Below, in pieces: positions 34,763 to 44,114 of a DNA stretch of 64,000 bases. Position 1 is the first letter of the stretch. Each line of letters opens with the position of its first letter. Source of the DNA: a virus; IMG/VR virus record IMGVR_UViG_3300025812_000003; one strand, given 5' to 3'. The notes under the pieces are model-generated. The model ran no database searches, was not told where the DNA came from, and was given only the letters and a program-made list of their open reading frames with translations. The translations under genes and the position numbers were made by a program.

Positions 34763-35437
34763 TCAGCTCAGGGACGGGGTGTTCGGCTGGTATCCCACTG
34801 GGCCGTCAGGGGGTGGGGGTGGGGCCTCGACGGGCGGAAGAGGGCCAAGGCCAGTGGTGCCATCGGGGCGTACTATCCCCATGACCAGGGAGGCCTCATC
34901 CGGAACAGATTCTTGGGGAGGAACGGGGGTGGGAACTGGCTGGCCCTCGGGAGGGACGGGACCTGGTTCTTCGCTGGGCGGCTCCGTTTTCCCGGCATCT
35001 TCGGGAGGGCCCCCCTGGGGGCCCGCCTCCGGTGCCTTCTTCGCGGCCTCCTGGCCAGGCTGGCCCTCCTGCATGGTCTCGTAGTAGAACAGGTAGGAAC
35101 GGGCGTCCTCGGGCTTGACGCCCTCGGGGAGCTCCCACCTGACGTTGATGGCCTTTCCCTTGAACGACTCCAGCTCCGCCTTGAGGACCTCGACCTTCCC
35201 TCCCCGGTCCTTGATGAGGGCGGCGCACAGGACGGAGAGCCGCTTGCTGGCGTTCAGGGCGCTCTGGTAGCTCTGGGAAATCCTGCCGATGACCGTGGCG
35301 GGGTCGTTGTGCACCTGCCGGAGCTCGCCTTCGAGCTGCTCGGCGTATGCCCGCAGGGACTTCATGAACTGCTTCTTCGCCGTTGCCTTGTACTTCTTGA
35401 GCCCCATGGGCTTGTTTTTCTTCATGCTTCCCCCCAT
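34763..35437 (-). CDS. Hypothetical protein with coiled coil and Pro-rich tail
   Basis: 224-aa ORF. Confidence 0.6.
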   Translation of the reverse strand: MGGSMKKNKPMGLKKYKATAKKQFMKSLRAYAEQLEGELRQVHNDPATVIGRISQSYQSALNASKRLSVLCAALIKDRGGKVEVLKAELESFKGKAINVRWELPEGVKPEDARSYLFYYETMQEGQPGQEAAKKAPEAGPQGGPPEDAGKTEPPSEEPGPVPPEGQPVPTPVPPQESVPDEASLVMGIVRPDGTTGLGPLPPVEAPPPPPDGPVGYQPNTPSLS

Positions 35438-35464
35438 TGAACGAGATGGTCGGAAGGCCCAGCG

Positions 35465-35848
35465 CTACGCCTTGGGTTGCTCGGCCTCATCGCCGCTTTC
35501 CGCGGCCTGCTTTGCATTCTTTCCCCACTCTATGGCCTTCTTGACCATGAAGTCGTAGTCGTCGGGCCCGCAGTCGAACAGGGCCGAGCCCCACAGCTCG
35601 TGGAACCAATAGGCGGGGTCCTTGTGGGCGGGGTCGGCGGTGACGACCCTCGTCTGGGGATCCACCTTGAACTTGGTGCCCAGCTTGCTGGCCTCGTCCG
35701 GGGAGTCGATCTTGGAGTCGAACAGGGGGTCCCAGTACTGCTCTATGTGCGTGGACAGTTCCTCGTACTCCCGGAGCCCGACCTTCTTGTAGATCACCCC
35801 GTCCGCCTGGAAAGTGGAGCCAACCTTGATTGCATCGAACTTGCTCAT
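35465..35848 (-). CDS. Hypothetical protein
   Basis: ATG 35848 (MSKFDAIKVG) after AAGGAGG. Confidence 0.65.
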   Translation of the reverse strand: MSKFDAIKVGSTFQADGVIYKKVGLREYEELSTHIEQYWDPLFDSKIDSPDEASKLGTKFKVDPQTRVVTADPAHKDPAYWFHELWGSALFDCGPDDYDFMVKKAIEWGKNAKQAAESGDEAEQPKA

Positions 35849-35938
35849 ATTCCTCCTTCGTCGACCAAATGCCGAAAATCGAAAAAATACCCTTTTCCAA
35901 GGGCCTTCCCGATGTATATTACTGGCAGGAGAGAAAAA

Positions 35939-36382
35939 ATGCAGGGAATGATATCGGACCCCAGCATGGCCATAAGGTTCATCCTCGGGGGGAATGCCAT
36001 AGTGACCTTCGTGAGCGGCAAGACCGGGGCCAGGTACACCTACAAGGTTCGGGAGGCACCGAAGGCGGGCGACAGGCCTCCGGTGCATTTTGTCGACCTC
36101 CTTACCGGCCCGAGCAACGAGGACGACTATTCCTACATCGGGATCATCACGCCCGACGAAAGGTTCCTCTGGACCAAGAAGTCCAAGGTGGGGCCGGAAA
36201 GCCCGTCCGTGACCGCCATGAAATGGGTGATGGATCACCTTTCCCAGGGAAACATGCCCCCCATGACCGAGATATGGCACGAGGGAAGGTGCGGGCGTTG
36301 CGGGAGGCTCCTGACCGTGCCGGAATCGGTCGACAACGGGTTTGGGCCGGAATGCATGGGGAAGGCCCTGGCGGGCTGCTAG
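35939..36382 (+). CDS. DUF6011-like zinc-binding phage protein
   Basis: Motifs FILGGNA.VT..S.KTG.RYTYKV, LLTGP.NE.DY.YIG and HEGRCGRCGR.LT.PES...G.GPEC. Confidence 0.8.
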   Translation: MQGMISDPSMAIRFILGGNAIVTFVSGKTGARYTYKVREAPKAGDRPPVHFVDLLTGPSNEDDYSYIGIITPDERFLWTKKSKVGPESPSVTAMKWVMDHLSQGNMPPMTEIWHEGRCGRCGRLLTVPESVDNGFGPECMGKALAGC

Positions 36383-36900
36383 GGGCTCACCTTCTGCTCG
36401 GTCGGGTCGTGTTCGTCCAGGAGGGAGTCCAGGGAGGACACGTTGCTGGCCTCGTCCCCCGTCTCCACTTCCTCGGCTGCCGCTGGGGCGGTCGGGATGG
36501 CCCCCGCCTTGGCAAGCTGCTCGGGGCTCCTCTGGATCGTCTTGACCCCGGGAGGCCTCTTCGGTCGGTTGGCCCCCTGTGACACCCCGGCGACCTTGGT
36601 CACCGTCTCGCCTTCCAACCCCTTTTGATCAACGAGCTTGACGGGCCCGACGGGTGGGCGTTGGGCCTCCTCGACGGCCTCGGCAAGCCTCTCCGAGAGG
36701 AGGAATTCGAGCATGGAGCGCCCGGCATCCTCCTCGTGCTTGTGGCATATCTTGAAATACCTTTCCGCCAACGGATCGTTTGCATTAGACGTCACAACAA
36801 GGGACTCCTTGCATCGAGGATCCTTGAAATCGCACTCCACTGCACACCCACACGACAGGGAGATGCGCACCCTGTATATCGAGAGCCTTTCTACCTTCAT
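36379..36900 (-). CDS. Hypothetical Cys-containing protein
   Basis: 173 aa, RBS GGAGG. Confidence 0.6.
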   Translation of the reverse strand: MKVERLSIYRVRISLSCGCAVECDFKDPRCKESLVVTSNANDPLAERYFKICHKHEEDAGRSMLEFLLSERLAEAVEEAQRPPVGPVKLVDQKGLEGETVTKVAGVSQGANRPKRPPGVKTIQRSPEQLAKAGAIPTAPAAAEEVETGDEASNVSSLDSLLDEHDPTEQKVSP

Positions 36901-36958
36901 TGAATTCCTCCCAAAAACTCAACTACTGACTATCAGTACCGCCAATTAGGGGAGAATT

Positions 36959-37699
36959 ATGGCAAGCACGCAGCAATCCGAGCTAAAGGCCATCGAGGCC
37001 GACGTAGAAAAGGCCGTCAAGTGGGGCACCTCGCACATCGTCATGCTGGCCATCATCGCTGGCTGCATGGTCCTGGCAGTCTACCTGTACGATTCCAAGC
37101 GGGCGGACCAGGCCGACGCCCGGGCGGCGACCGCCGATGCGGTGGCCAAGCAAAAGGACATCGACAACGCCGCCTTCCAGCAGCAGTCGGCACGGCAGCA
37201 GGCGGCCCGCGACGCCGCCTACCAGCAGTTGCAGCAGCAGGTGGCGGGGCTCCTCCAGGTCATCGCCTCCCGAAACCAGAAGGTGGCGACGCAGGTCGCC
37301 GAGGCCCCCAAGCTCCAGCCCCCCGAGCTGGCAAAGCAATGGGCGGGCGCGGCCGCCGAGCCTGTCCCGAACATCGACGCTGGCGGCAACTTCGTCGTCC
37401 CCCTCCCCCTGGCCACCAAGAGCTACGTCGCCCTGATCCAGGTGCCGGTGCTGGCCGCCGACGTCGCCGACCAGAAGGCCGCGATGGAAAAACAGGCACA
37501 GGAAATAGACAACAGGCAGGCGGCCCTGGCATCGGAGAAGGTGGCGCACCAGCGCGACGTCGACGCCTGCAAGGCCGACAAGCTCGCCCTAAACGCCGAC
37601 TTGTTAAAGGTCAAAGCGGACGCCAAGAAGTCGAAGTTTCACTGGTTCATCTCGGGCGCGGGAACGGCGGCGCTGCTCATCTTCGGATTCGTGAAATGA
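36959..37699 (+). CDS. Coiled-coil membrane protein with N- and C-terminal hydrophobic segments (spanin-like candidate)
   Basis: TM at about aa 27-44, a Gln/Ala coiled coil, and terminal hydrophobic WFISGAGTAALLIFGFVK. Confidence 0.55.
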   Translation: MASTQQSELKAIEADVEKAVKWGTSHIVMLAIIAGCMVLAVYLYDSKRADQADARAATADAVAKQKDIDNAAFQQQSARQQAARDAAYQQLQQQVAGLLQVIASRNQKVATQVAEAPKLQPPELAKQWAGAAAEPVPNIDAGGNFVVPLPLATKSYVALIQVPVLAADVADQKAAMEKQAQEIDNRQAALASEKVAHQRDVDACKADKLALNADLLKVKADAKKSKFHWFISGAGTAALLIFGFVK

Positions 37700-38733
37700 C
37701 GGGCCTTCGCCGTGGCATCCGGCTTCCCGCCTAGCGGGATGGAAAGATTCGGGTCTATGCCCGCTATCCGGGCGGCGGAAATCCTGTATGCCTCCCCGTG
37801 CAGCCTCGCCAGGTCCCGGTAGGTGGCGGCCCCGGGGCTTTCCTTCCTGGCCCAGTGCTCCATGACGCCGTCCTTGATTATCGTGTAGACGATGAAAAGG
37901 CTCTTGGGCGGGATGACCTCCTTTGCCTTTATGGCCCCCACCACCTTGGAGGCTATCTCCATGGGAAGGTGGATTCCGTCCACGAGGATGAGCTTCTTCA
38001 CCAGGGCGGTCACGGTGCGCTGCCTGGCGCGCTTCGGGGGACAGCGCCTCGGCTCGCGTTTGGGGATCGGCACCGGGGCATTGCCCAATGAGGCATGGTC
38101 CCCCAGGATTCCCACTGCCTCCTCGCCAAGCTCCGTGAGGCTCAGGACGAGGGGGCAATAATAGTAGGTCCTGAGCTCCTGGGGAACGTGAGAAAGGTTG
38201 AGGAGGTTGCAGACGGGAGTCTCCAGCATGATGCTCTTGGTCATCAGGGCTATGCGGACCACCGCCCTTCCGTTCCCCATCGCCGTCACCGTCCCGCAGA
38301 AGTCCCTCGTCTCCCCCCCGAGGACGCGGACGAACGTCCCCACGGTCACGCCGGAAGAGTGCTCCCTGAACCGCTTCTCGGCGGCCCTTACCAGGCCCTG
38401 CACGTAGGAGTCCGGCACCGGGATGACGTTGGACGGACGGTTCGAGTCCCCTTCCGTCACCAGCGACACGACCCCCGTGATGGTCTTGAGCCTGAGGAGG
38501 CCGGAAAAGTTGGCGCTGCGCACGAAAAGGTACGTGTCCGCCCCCAGGTCGAACGTGTCCAGGTCCCGCTTGCCGACCGGCACGAACAGCTCCACCGCCT
38601 CGCCCCGGAATATGGAGGGGATAGCCTTCCCAATCCTCCGCAGGGTGGGCTCGATGGTCTTTTCCGAACGCACCTCCAGCATGCACCAGTCCTTGCCTTT
38701 GAGCTTGGAGCAGTCCCCGTAAGTCAAGATCAT
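37639..38733 (-). CDS. NusG-family transcription antitermination factor with C-terminal extension
   Basis: NGN domain (WCMLEVRS..., ELFVP, YLFVR, TGVVSLV, IPVPDSYV) plus KOW (VGTFVRVLGG..RDFCGTV..RAVVRI). Confidence 0.8.
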   Translation of the reverse strand: MILTYGDCSKLKGKDWCMLEVRSEKTIEPTLRRIGKAIPSIFRGEAVELFVPVGKRDLDTFDLGADTYLFVRSANFSGLLRLKTITGVVSLVTEGDSNRPSNVIPVPDSYVQGLVRAAEKRFREHSSGVTVGTFVRVLGGETRDFCGTVTAMGNGRAVVRIALMTKSIMLETPVCNLLNLSHVPQELRTYYYCPLVLSLTELGEEAVGILGDHASLGNAPVPIPKREPRRCPPKRARQRTVTALVKKLILVDGIHLPMEIASKVVGAIKAKEVIPPKSLFIVYTIIKDGVMEHWARKESPGAATYRDLARLHGEAYRISAARIAGIDPNLSIPLGGKPDATAKARHFTNPKMSSAAVPAPEMNQ

Positions 38734-38754
38734 CCATACCCCCTATCTACTTTG

Positions 38755-39864
38755 CTATATTACCTCCCCCATGAGGACTGCCTTGCTGGAAGCATCGCCG
38801 AAGGCGTTCCCGGAAGTCTTCGCGGACAGGGGGGGCCTACGCACCCTCGCGATGCCGACGAGCTCGTAGACGAGGAGCGGAAGCGCGTCGGAAGGAAGCG
38901 ACTGGGCCCCCAGCCACCTGAGGAACGTGGCGTCCGTCTCCCGGATGTTGGGAAGCCCCGAGAACACGACGGAAAGCTCGGATCCCGCCTCGGCCCATGG
39001 AGAGCGGGAGTAGACGGAAAGGAGCCTCTCCACCACCTTGAGGGGCGGGGCCGCGCACCCGGCCTCGTCCGCCAGCCTGGCGGCGGCCTGCTGGTCGCCG
39101 GAGGCGATGGCGAAGAGCGTCTTGAGGCACAGGGCGTCGAGCGGGTCGTCGAGCACGGCCTCGGCGGCCCTCGCCGTGACCTTCCCGAGGGAAGCCGCCA
39201 TGCCCAGCCACCGTACGGCGTCGCGGACTATCCCCCTGGAGTGCCCGGCGATCGCGCGGAGGCCATCGGTCTCGTAGTCCATCCCATTCCTTGCGCAGAT
39301 GCTGGCCAGGAGCCCCGTAAGGGTAGCTTCGGGGACCCGGGAGAAGGCGAGCGGAAGGCAGCGGGATTGCACGGTCCTGGGTATGCGGTCCTCGTCGGTG
39401 GTGACGAACATGAAAACGCTGTCGGTGTCGGGCTCTTCGAGGGGCCCGAGGAACACGTCCCACGCCTCCTTGGAAAGCCGGTGCGCCTCGTCGACGAGGG
39501 CCGCCCTGCGCCTGCCCAGCGTGGGCGGCTGGACGGCGCGGTCGAGCATGCCCCTGGCATCCTGCACCCCCGGCTTCTCGGCGGCGTCCGTCTCGTCAAA
39601 GTCCGGGTCGTGCTTTATGCCGTCCTTGTCTATGGACTGGCAGGACAAGCATTTCCCGCACCCCAGGGGATCGTCGCCCGAGCACATGAGGGCGCGGGCC
39701 AGCAGGTAGGCCACGCTCGTCTTCCCGACGCCCCATGGTCCCTTGAGGACGAAGCCCCTCGGCAGGAACTTGCCGACCGTCAGTAGGCTCTTGAGGAGGG
39801 AGATGACCCGATCCTGGCCGACAATCTCGCTCCAAGTCCCGGGCCTTTGGGCTATCAAGTTCAT
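38755..39864 (-). CDS. dnaX: DNA polymerase III gamma/tau-like clamp loader
   Basis: RPGTWSEIVGQ, GPWGVGKT, C..CGKCLSC zinc cluster, DEAHRLS, LEEP, QSRC. Confidence 0.9.
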   Translation of the reverse strand: MNLIAQRPGTWSEIVGQDRVISLLKSLLTVGKFLPRGFVLKGPWGVGKTSVAYLLARALMCSGDDPLGCGKCLSCQSIDKDGIKHDPDFDETDAAEKPGVQDARGMLDRAVQPPTLGRRRAALVDEAHRLSKEAWDVFLGPLEEPDTDSVFMFVTTDEDRIPRTVQSRCLPLAFSRVPEATLTGLLASICARNGMDYETDGLRAIAGHSRGIVRDAVRWLGMAASLGKVTARAAEAVLDDPLDALCLKTLFAIASGDQQAAARLADEAGCAAPPLKVVERLLSVYSRSPWAEAGSELSVVFSGLPNIRETDATFLRWLGAQSLPSDALPLLVYELVGIARVRRPPLSAKTSGNAFGDASSKAVLMGEVI

Positions 39865-39872
39865 GCCGCTTC

Positions 39873-40322
39873 CTATGCCTGGGCGGGCTGATCGTCGGTC
39901 GTCTGTGCCCGCCTCTGGAGGACCATGGACAGCTTGAGGAACCCGTCCTTCGCCACCTCGCTCATCTCCTCCTGGTAGTCCCCGAGGTCCCTGACGTTGG
40001 CCCAGAAGGAGCCCTTGAGGGCCTTGCTATTGGGCGGCTTCCGGGCGAAGACGAACACCACCACCCTGTGCTCCTCCCGGTCGGGCACGATGGACTCGCA
40101 GACGAACAGGGCATGCTGCGGTTCGACGGCGACTCCGGCCCATTCCACCGTTATCCTCTTGGCGGCGTCCGACATGGACTCGAAGGGGAACAGCGGCCCG
40201 ATGGGGATGGTGAGCTTGCCCTCGTCGAATCCCTCCTTGGCCTTCCCAAGAAGGACGTCTCCCTCTTCTCCCAGGATTATCACGGCAACCTCGGCCTGGG
40301 GCAATCCGTATGCTTTTGCCAT
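39873..40322 (-). CDS. Nudix-fold protein with degenerate Nudix box
   Basis: VAVII....VLL...G.LTIP.G....ES..DAAKR...EWAGV. Confidence 0.6.
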   Translation of the reverse strand: MAKAYGLPQAEVAVIILGEEGDVLLGKAKEGFDEGKLTIPIGPLFPFESMSDAAKRITVEWAGVAVEPQHALFVCESIVPDREEHRVVVFVFARKPPNSKALKGSFWANVRDLGDYQEEMSEVAKDGFLKLSMVLQRRAQTTDDQPAQA

Positions 40323-40325
40323 GTT

Positions 40326-40634
40326 TCACCCGTCCTTCTTGACGTTGTCATCGTCATCGTACGATACGACGTGGTTGCGTATTTCCGGGGGAACGACAAA
40401 CACCCGGCTCGGCTGGAGCGGCTTGTTGAACGTGTTGATCTGCACGTACACGTCCCCATGGAACAACGCGACGAGCCGCTCCCTCAAGCTCATGTGCCAG
40501 CGTGCCGTCACGACCCCGTTGGCCTCCTTGACGACCGGGAGCGGGAGGTACTGGGGCTGGTCCTTGGCGTAGACCACCTCGGGCGGGCAGAGCCCTGGGA
40601 TAGACCGTAAAAATACCGGGGATTCGGGCTTCAT
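40326..40634 (-). CDS. Hypothetical phage protein
   Basis: QYLPLP..VTARW..S.RERL..LF.G.VYV...TF..PLQP. Confidence 0.6.
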   Translation of the reverse strand: MKPESPVFLRSIPGLCPPEVVYAKDQPQYLPLPVVKEANGVVTARWHMSLRERLVALFHGDVYVQINTFNKPLQPSRVFVVPPEIRNHVVSYDDDDNVKKDG

Positions 40635-40637
40635 AGG

Positions 40638-40796
40638 CTACTCCTTCTCGATCTTGATTTCACTGCTGTCGGCAAGCTGGTTCGCCGCATCGGTCAGCTT
40701 CAAGACGCTGCAGGTCACGTAGCCGCTGTCCGCCGTCGAGATCAAGTCCTCCAACCTCGACACCGTTTCTTCGCATACCGTCTTAAGGCTTCTCAT
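40638..40796 (-). CDS. 52-aa hypothetical protein (not in ORF track)
   Basis: Hand translation gives MRSLKTVCEETVSRLEDLIS...; it fills the gap in the operon. Confidence 0.45.
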   Translation of the reverse strand: MRSLKTVCEETVSRLEDLISTADSGYVTCSVLKLTDAANQLADSSEIKIEKE

Positions 40797-40807
40797 CGTC
40801 GTTCTCC

Positions 40808-42112
40808 TTAAACCGTCACTTCGTTGATGTCGGCGTCGGACTCGAACGTCGTCAGGCCGTAGCAGCCCCGCCCGCCATCCAGCTCAAGGGTGTGCATGAT
40901 GCAGTCCGACACGGAAAGGACGGCATCGTGGAGGTCGTCAAGCCACAATGCCCAGTAATCCCTGATTTCCAGGCCCCCATGGGCCTTCAGGGCGGCCTTG
41001 ACGTGGTGCTTGAACTGGGGCAGATCGAGCCCCCGGAGGAGCGCCGCCCCGGCGTCGAAGTTATTCACGTTGGTCCCCACGTCCACGGAGAGCCGGGGCA
41101 CGTTGACGATCCTCTCCCCGCCTCCCTTGGTTTTCTTCACGACGGGATCCACGATGGTCAGGGACGCCCCCGCCACCCCCGAGTCCTGCGTCATCCCGAG
41201 CAGGGAGAAGGCCACGGATGGGCTGGCGACGCCCACGGGGTCGCTGGCCTTGTGGATGCATATCTGGGCCGGGCAGCCAAGGGCGGCGACAAGGCCGTTT
41301 CCGAACGGAGTGAAGGCGAAGAAGGAGGACACGATCTTCTCGACCTCCCTGTCCTCCAGCTTGTCTATCTCCCCGCGATGGAGCTGGGCAAGCTCGTCGG
41401 CACGGGACCTCATGTCGTTGGCATACCTCGTGGACCTGCTGACGTCGTTGAGAAAGTCGGACGGCCACGAGTAGCCCCCGAAGCTCCAGAGCAGGGAGAA
41501 GGTCTTCGCCCCCAGGCCGTCGAGGAGCTTCCTCAGGGCCAGGATGTCGTCCTTGGAGGTAACCTCGGCATATGTCCGGCCATGCTGGAAGTCCAGGAGG
41601 ACGGGAAACTGCTTCCTTGCCATCACCGCGGAGGCGTTGACCTGTTGCTCGACCGCCTCCTTCTCCTTCTTGCCCAGGAACCTGAACGGGCGTCCCATGT
41701 TCTTGTATGCCAGGTCCTCCTTCTTGGAGGTGGGGTCCGTCACGTCCTTCGGCCCGTTGAGCACCGCCCAGAACCCATAGCCCTTGTTTCCGAGGGAGAG
41801 GGACTCCTGGGAAGGGAGCAGGCCCTTAACGGAGCCGAGGTCCAGGGGCACGGTCTCCTGCTTCTCGATGCCGGCCAGGAACGAGGAGAGGCCCGCGATG
41901 GCGCTGGTGTCCCGCAGGTCCTCGTCGAGCCTCGGGCTCCCGAACGGGTTGATTCCCACCGTGGAGATTTCGTGCAGCTTCGTGACGACGGACGCCATGA
42001 CCTGCGATGCTTTCAGCGCCTGGAGGTCGACCGCGAGGTTCGTCAGGAAATCGACGAGGGAGTCGGGCTCCAGCCCGAATACCGACCAATTGCCCCTTCC
42101 GAACATGCTCAT
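40808..42112 (-). CDS. Hypothetical protein, possibly RdgC-like
   Basis: 434 aa in the replication cluster; weak resemblance to RdgC only. Confidence 0.45.
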   Translation of the reverse strand: MSMFGRGNWSVFGLEPDSLVDFLTNLAVDLQALKASQVMASVVTKLHEISTVGINPFGSPRLDEDLRDTSAIAGLSSFLAGIEKQETVPLDLGSVKGLLPSQESLSLGNKGYGFWAVLNGPKDVTDPTSKKEDLAYKNMGRPFRFLGKKEKEAVEQQVNASAVMARKQFPVLLDFQHGRTYAEVTSKDDILALRKLLDGLGAKTFSLLWSFGGYSWPSDFLNDVSRSTRYANDMRSRADELAQLHRGEIDKLEDREVEKIVSSFFAFTPFGNGLVAALGCPAQICIHKASDPVGVASPSVAFSLLGMTQDSGVAGASLTIVDPVVKKTKGGGERIVNVPRLSVDVGTNVNNFDAGAALLRGLDLPQFKHHVKAALKAHGGLEIRDYWALWLDDLHDAVLSVSDCIMHTLELDGGRGCYGLTTFESDADINEVTV

Positions 42113-42303
42113 TTGTTTTCCCCCTTTGTACTTTTCCCCGACTTGGGTGACGATCTTCTCAGCACTACTTCCCTCACTGCGTGCTCAAATATCACAATGC
42201 AGCCCAGGACATCCCCGGGAACTCCGCGCTCGGTAAGCTCCTTGTTGAACTCGCTCCGTATGTCGCTAATGAGCCGGGCGTCGTGGTCGTTGAACTTCTC
42301 CAT
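42109..42303 (-). CDS. Hypothetical protein
   Basis: ATG 42303 (MEKFNDHD). Confidence 0.5.
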   Translation of the reverse strand: MEKFNDHDARLISDIRSEFNKELTERGVPGDVLGCIVIFEHAVREVVLRRSSPKSGKSTKGENK

Positions 42304-42308
42304 GCAGC

Positions 42309-43049
42309 CTAATACTCGAACTGCTGCCTTATGCGGGACGACAGTTCCTTTGCCCATTCGAGCTTCTCAAGGGCCATGCTCGGGTCCTTCTGGGGGCATT
42401 CGCAGGGAACGACGAGCATGGACCTTATCTGCCTCTTTTGCTGTTCCATGGACTCCTCCCCCTGCGCCTCGTTGTCGTACATCAAGAAAAGCCGTTTCAC
42501 CCCAAGAATACGGAGGTAGGCGATATGGGCCTTCCCCAATCGCTTGGTGAGGGGGGACAGCACCGGGTAGCCGGGGCAGGCGAGCCGGATGGCCAGCAGG
42601 TCGAAAGGCCCCTCCACGCACATGACCGCCTGCCTCTGGATGATGAGGGTGATCGTCTCGGGATCGTTCCCCAGCCAGTTGGGCCCGAGGTATTTGTTCC
42701 TGTCCCCAATGTAGCGGTATTTCATGCCCTCGCCCATGAGGACGCTTCCTTCCAGCGGCTTGGTCTGGGCGCGGATGACGGCCCCGTCAGCGCCCCGCAT
42801 GGGGAAGACGAACGCCGGGCCCGGGGGCATGACCTTGGGGACGTAGAAGCACCCGAGCTGGCGGACCACGTCCTCGAACCTGTCCTTGTAGAGGCCTAGG
42901 GTGCCTTCCCATCCCCTTTCCTCCACGATCTTTTGGATGGTGAGGGATTCCTTGGTCTTGCCGGGAAACTTCTCGGCGATGCGGGCGTAGAGGGCATCGG
43001 TCTCGGCGATAAGCCGAGGCACGTCGGCAAGGTACCAGTCGCTAGTCAT
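42309..43049 (-). CDS. DNA primase catalytic / TOPRIM half (no zinc finger)
   Basis: FVFPMRG.DG.V...Q.., KYRY, MCVEGPFDLLAI, LMYDNE..G. Confidence 0.75.
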   Translation of the reverse strand: MTSDWYLADVPRLIAETDALYARIAEKFPGKTKESLTIQKIVEERGWEGTLGLYKDRFEDVVRQLGCFYVPKVMPPGPAFVFPMRGADGAVIRAQTKPLEGSVLMGEGMKYRYIGDRNKYLGPNWLGNDPETITLIIQRQAVMCVEGPFDLLAIRLACPGYPVLSPLTKRLGKAHIAYLRILGVKRLFLMYDNEAQGEESMEQQKRQIRSMLVVPCECPQKDPSMALEKLEWAKELSSRIRQQFEY

Positions 43050-43464
43050 CCATGCCTCCCATGCCTCCCCTTAACGTCTCCAGCAGCGAGTTCGAAAACT
43101 CGTCCAAGAACCTCGTGACGACCGCCAGTTCTTCCGCCCCCATGTCCGCGGACGGCGGGGTCTCCAGCTTCCCCAGCATCCTGGCAATCTCCTGGAGGCG
43201 AAGCTGCACCGGGCCCCCGTCGGCCGAAAGGTCACCGTCCATGTTCATGAGGTAGACGAAAATCCCTATGTCCCCGGCATTCAGCCGGGGGTCGCTCTCG
43301 CCAATCAGGACGAATCCCGCTCCCCTCGCGGCCCTTTCCATCATCTCCTTGCAGATCGAGAATGCCCCCCGCTGCTCGGAAGGGATGTCCATGGGCCCGT
43401 TCCTGGACAGGGAGTCGGCTGCCCTTGCCGCCGCAAATCCGTACTTGTAGATGTTCGGAAACAT
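43042..43464 (-). CDS. Hypothetical protein
   Basis: 140-aa ORF, RBS GAGGAGG. Confidence 0.55.
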   Translation of the reverse strand: MFPNIYKYGFAAARAADSLSRNGPMDIPSEQRGAFSICKEMMERAARGAGFVLIGESDPRLNAGDIGIFVYLMNMDGDLSADGGPVQLRLQEIARMLGKLETPPSADMGAEELAVVTRFLDEFSNSLLETLRGGMGGMDD

Positions 43465-43473
43465 CGTCCCTCC

Positions 43474-43800
43474 TCAGGCTTCTGTCGCCTTTTGCCAGAC
43501 GATCTTGAAATAGACCAAGCGCCCGTTGTTCACTACCCGAATCTTGGTGCGGGCCTGGGATTCGTCGTCGGTATAGCATGGCCTCTTGCAGTCGTAGCAC
43601 CTGAACGGCGGCGGACCGTCATCCTCCCCAGGATAGTATCCGCATGGACACTTCCAGAACTCATAATTATAGACGTTTCCAGTGGTGCGGCCCCGCTCGC
43701 AGACGGTCATCAGTTCCTGCCCGTCCTCGAACAGGTCCGGCCTGAACTCGGTCAACTGGAAGTCCGTCACGGACGGGTCAATCGTCCTTGATCCCCCCAT
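43474..43800 (-). CDS. Zinc-ribbon hypothetical protein
   Basis: WKCPCG...CYDC. Confidence 0.55.
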   Translation of the reverse strand: MGGSRTIDPSVTDFQLTEFRPDLFEDGQELMTVCERGRTTGNVYNYEFWKCPCGYYPGEDDGPPPFRCYDCKRPCYTDDESQARTKIRVVNNGRLVYFKIVWQKATEA

Positions 43801-44017
43801 GGTCCCTCCCTTCTACGGCCTCGCCGAACAGCTCCGCCTGGTAGGGCAGTATCTCGTTGTCCAGGCCCCACTCGTGCGACCGCCCGTCGCTGCGCGGGAT
43901 TATCTCGTCCAGGGCCCGGCAAAGCCTGCGCAGCTCCTCGGGATTGTGCCTGTATTCCTCCCTGATGATCCCGTTGAGGAACCTGATCCCGTCTTTGGTG
44001 AGCCTGATTCCTCCCAT
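43778..44017 (-). CDS. Hypothetical protein
   Basis: ATG 44017 after GGAGG. Confidence 0.5.
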   Translation of the reverse strand: MGGIRLTKDGIRFLNGIIREEYRHNPEELRRLCRALDEIIPRSDGRSHEWGLDNEILPYQAELFGEAVEGRDHGGIKDD

Positions 44018-44114
44018 GTTTCCTCCATGATCCCGCTCGGGAACTTTCCTCGGGATTGCGCCCCCGTTTCCCCCATATGATACCGTTCGGGAACCCGAGC
44101 CCGTCTTGGCAGGT

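Noticed and set aside
37021-37734. Nested Rz1-like o-spanin in an alternative frame
   Set aside because: The alternative-frame ORFs lack a signal peptide and lipobox and are low-complexity.
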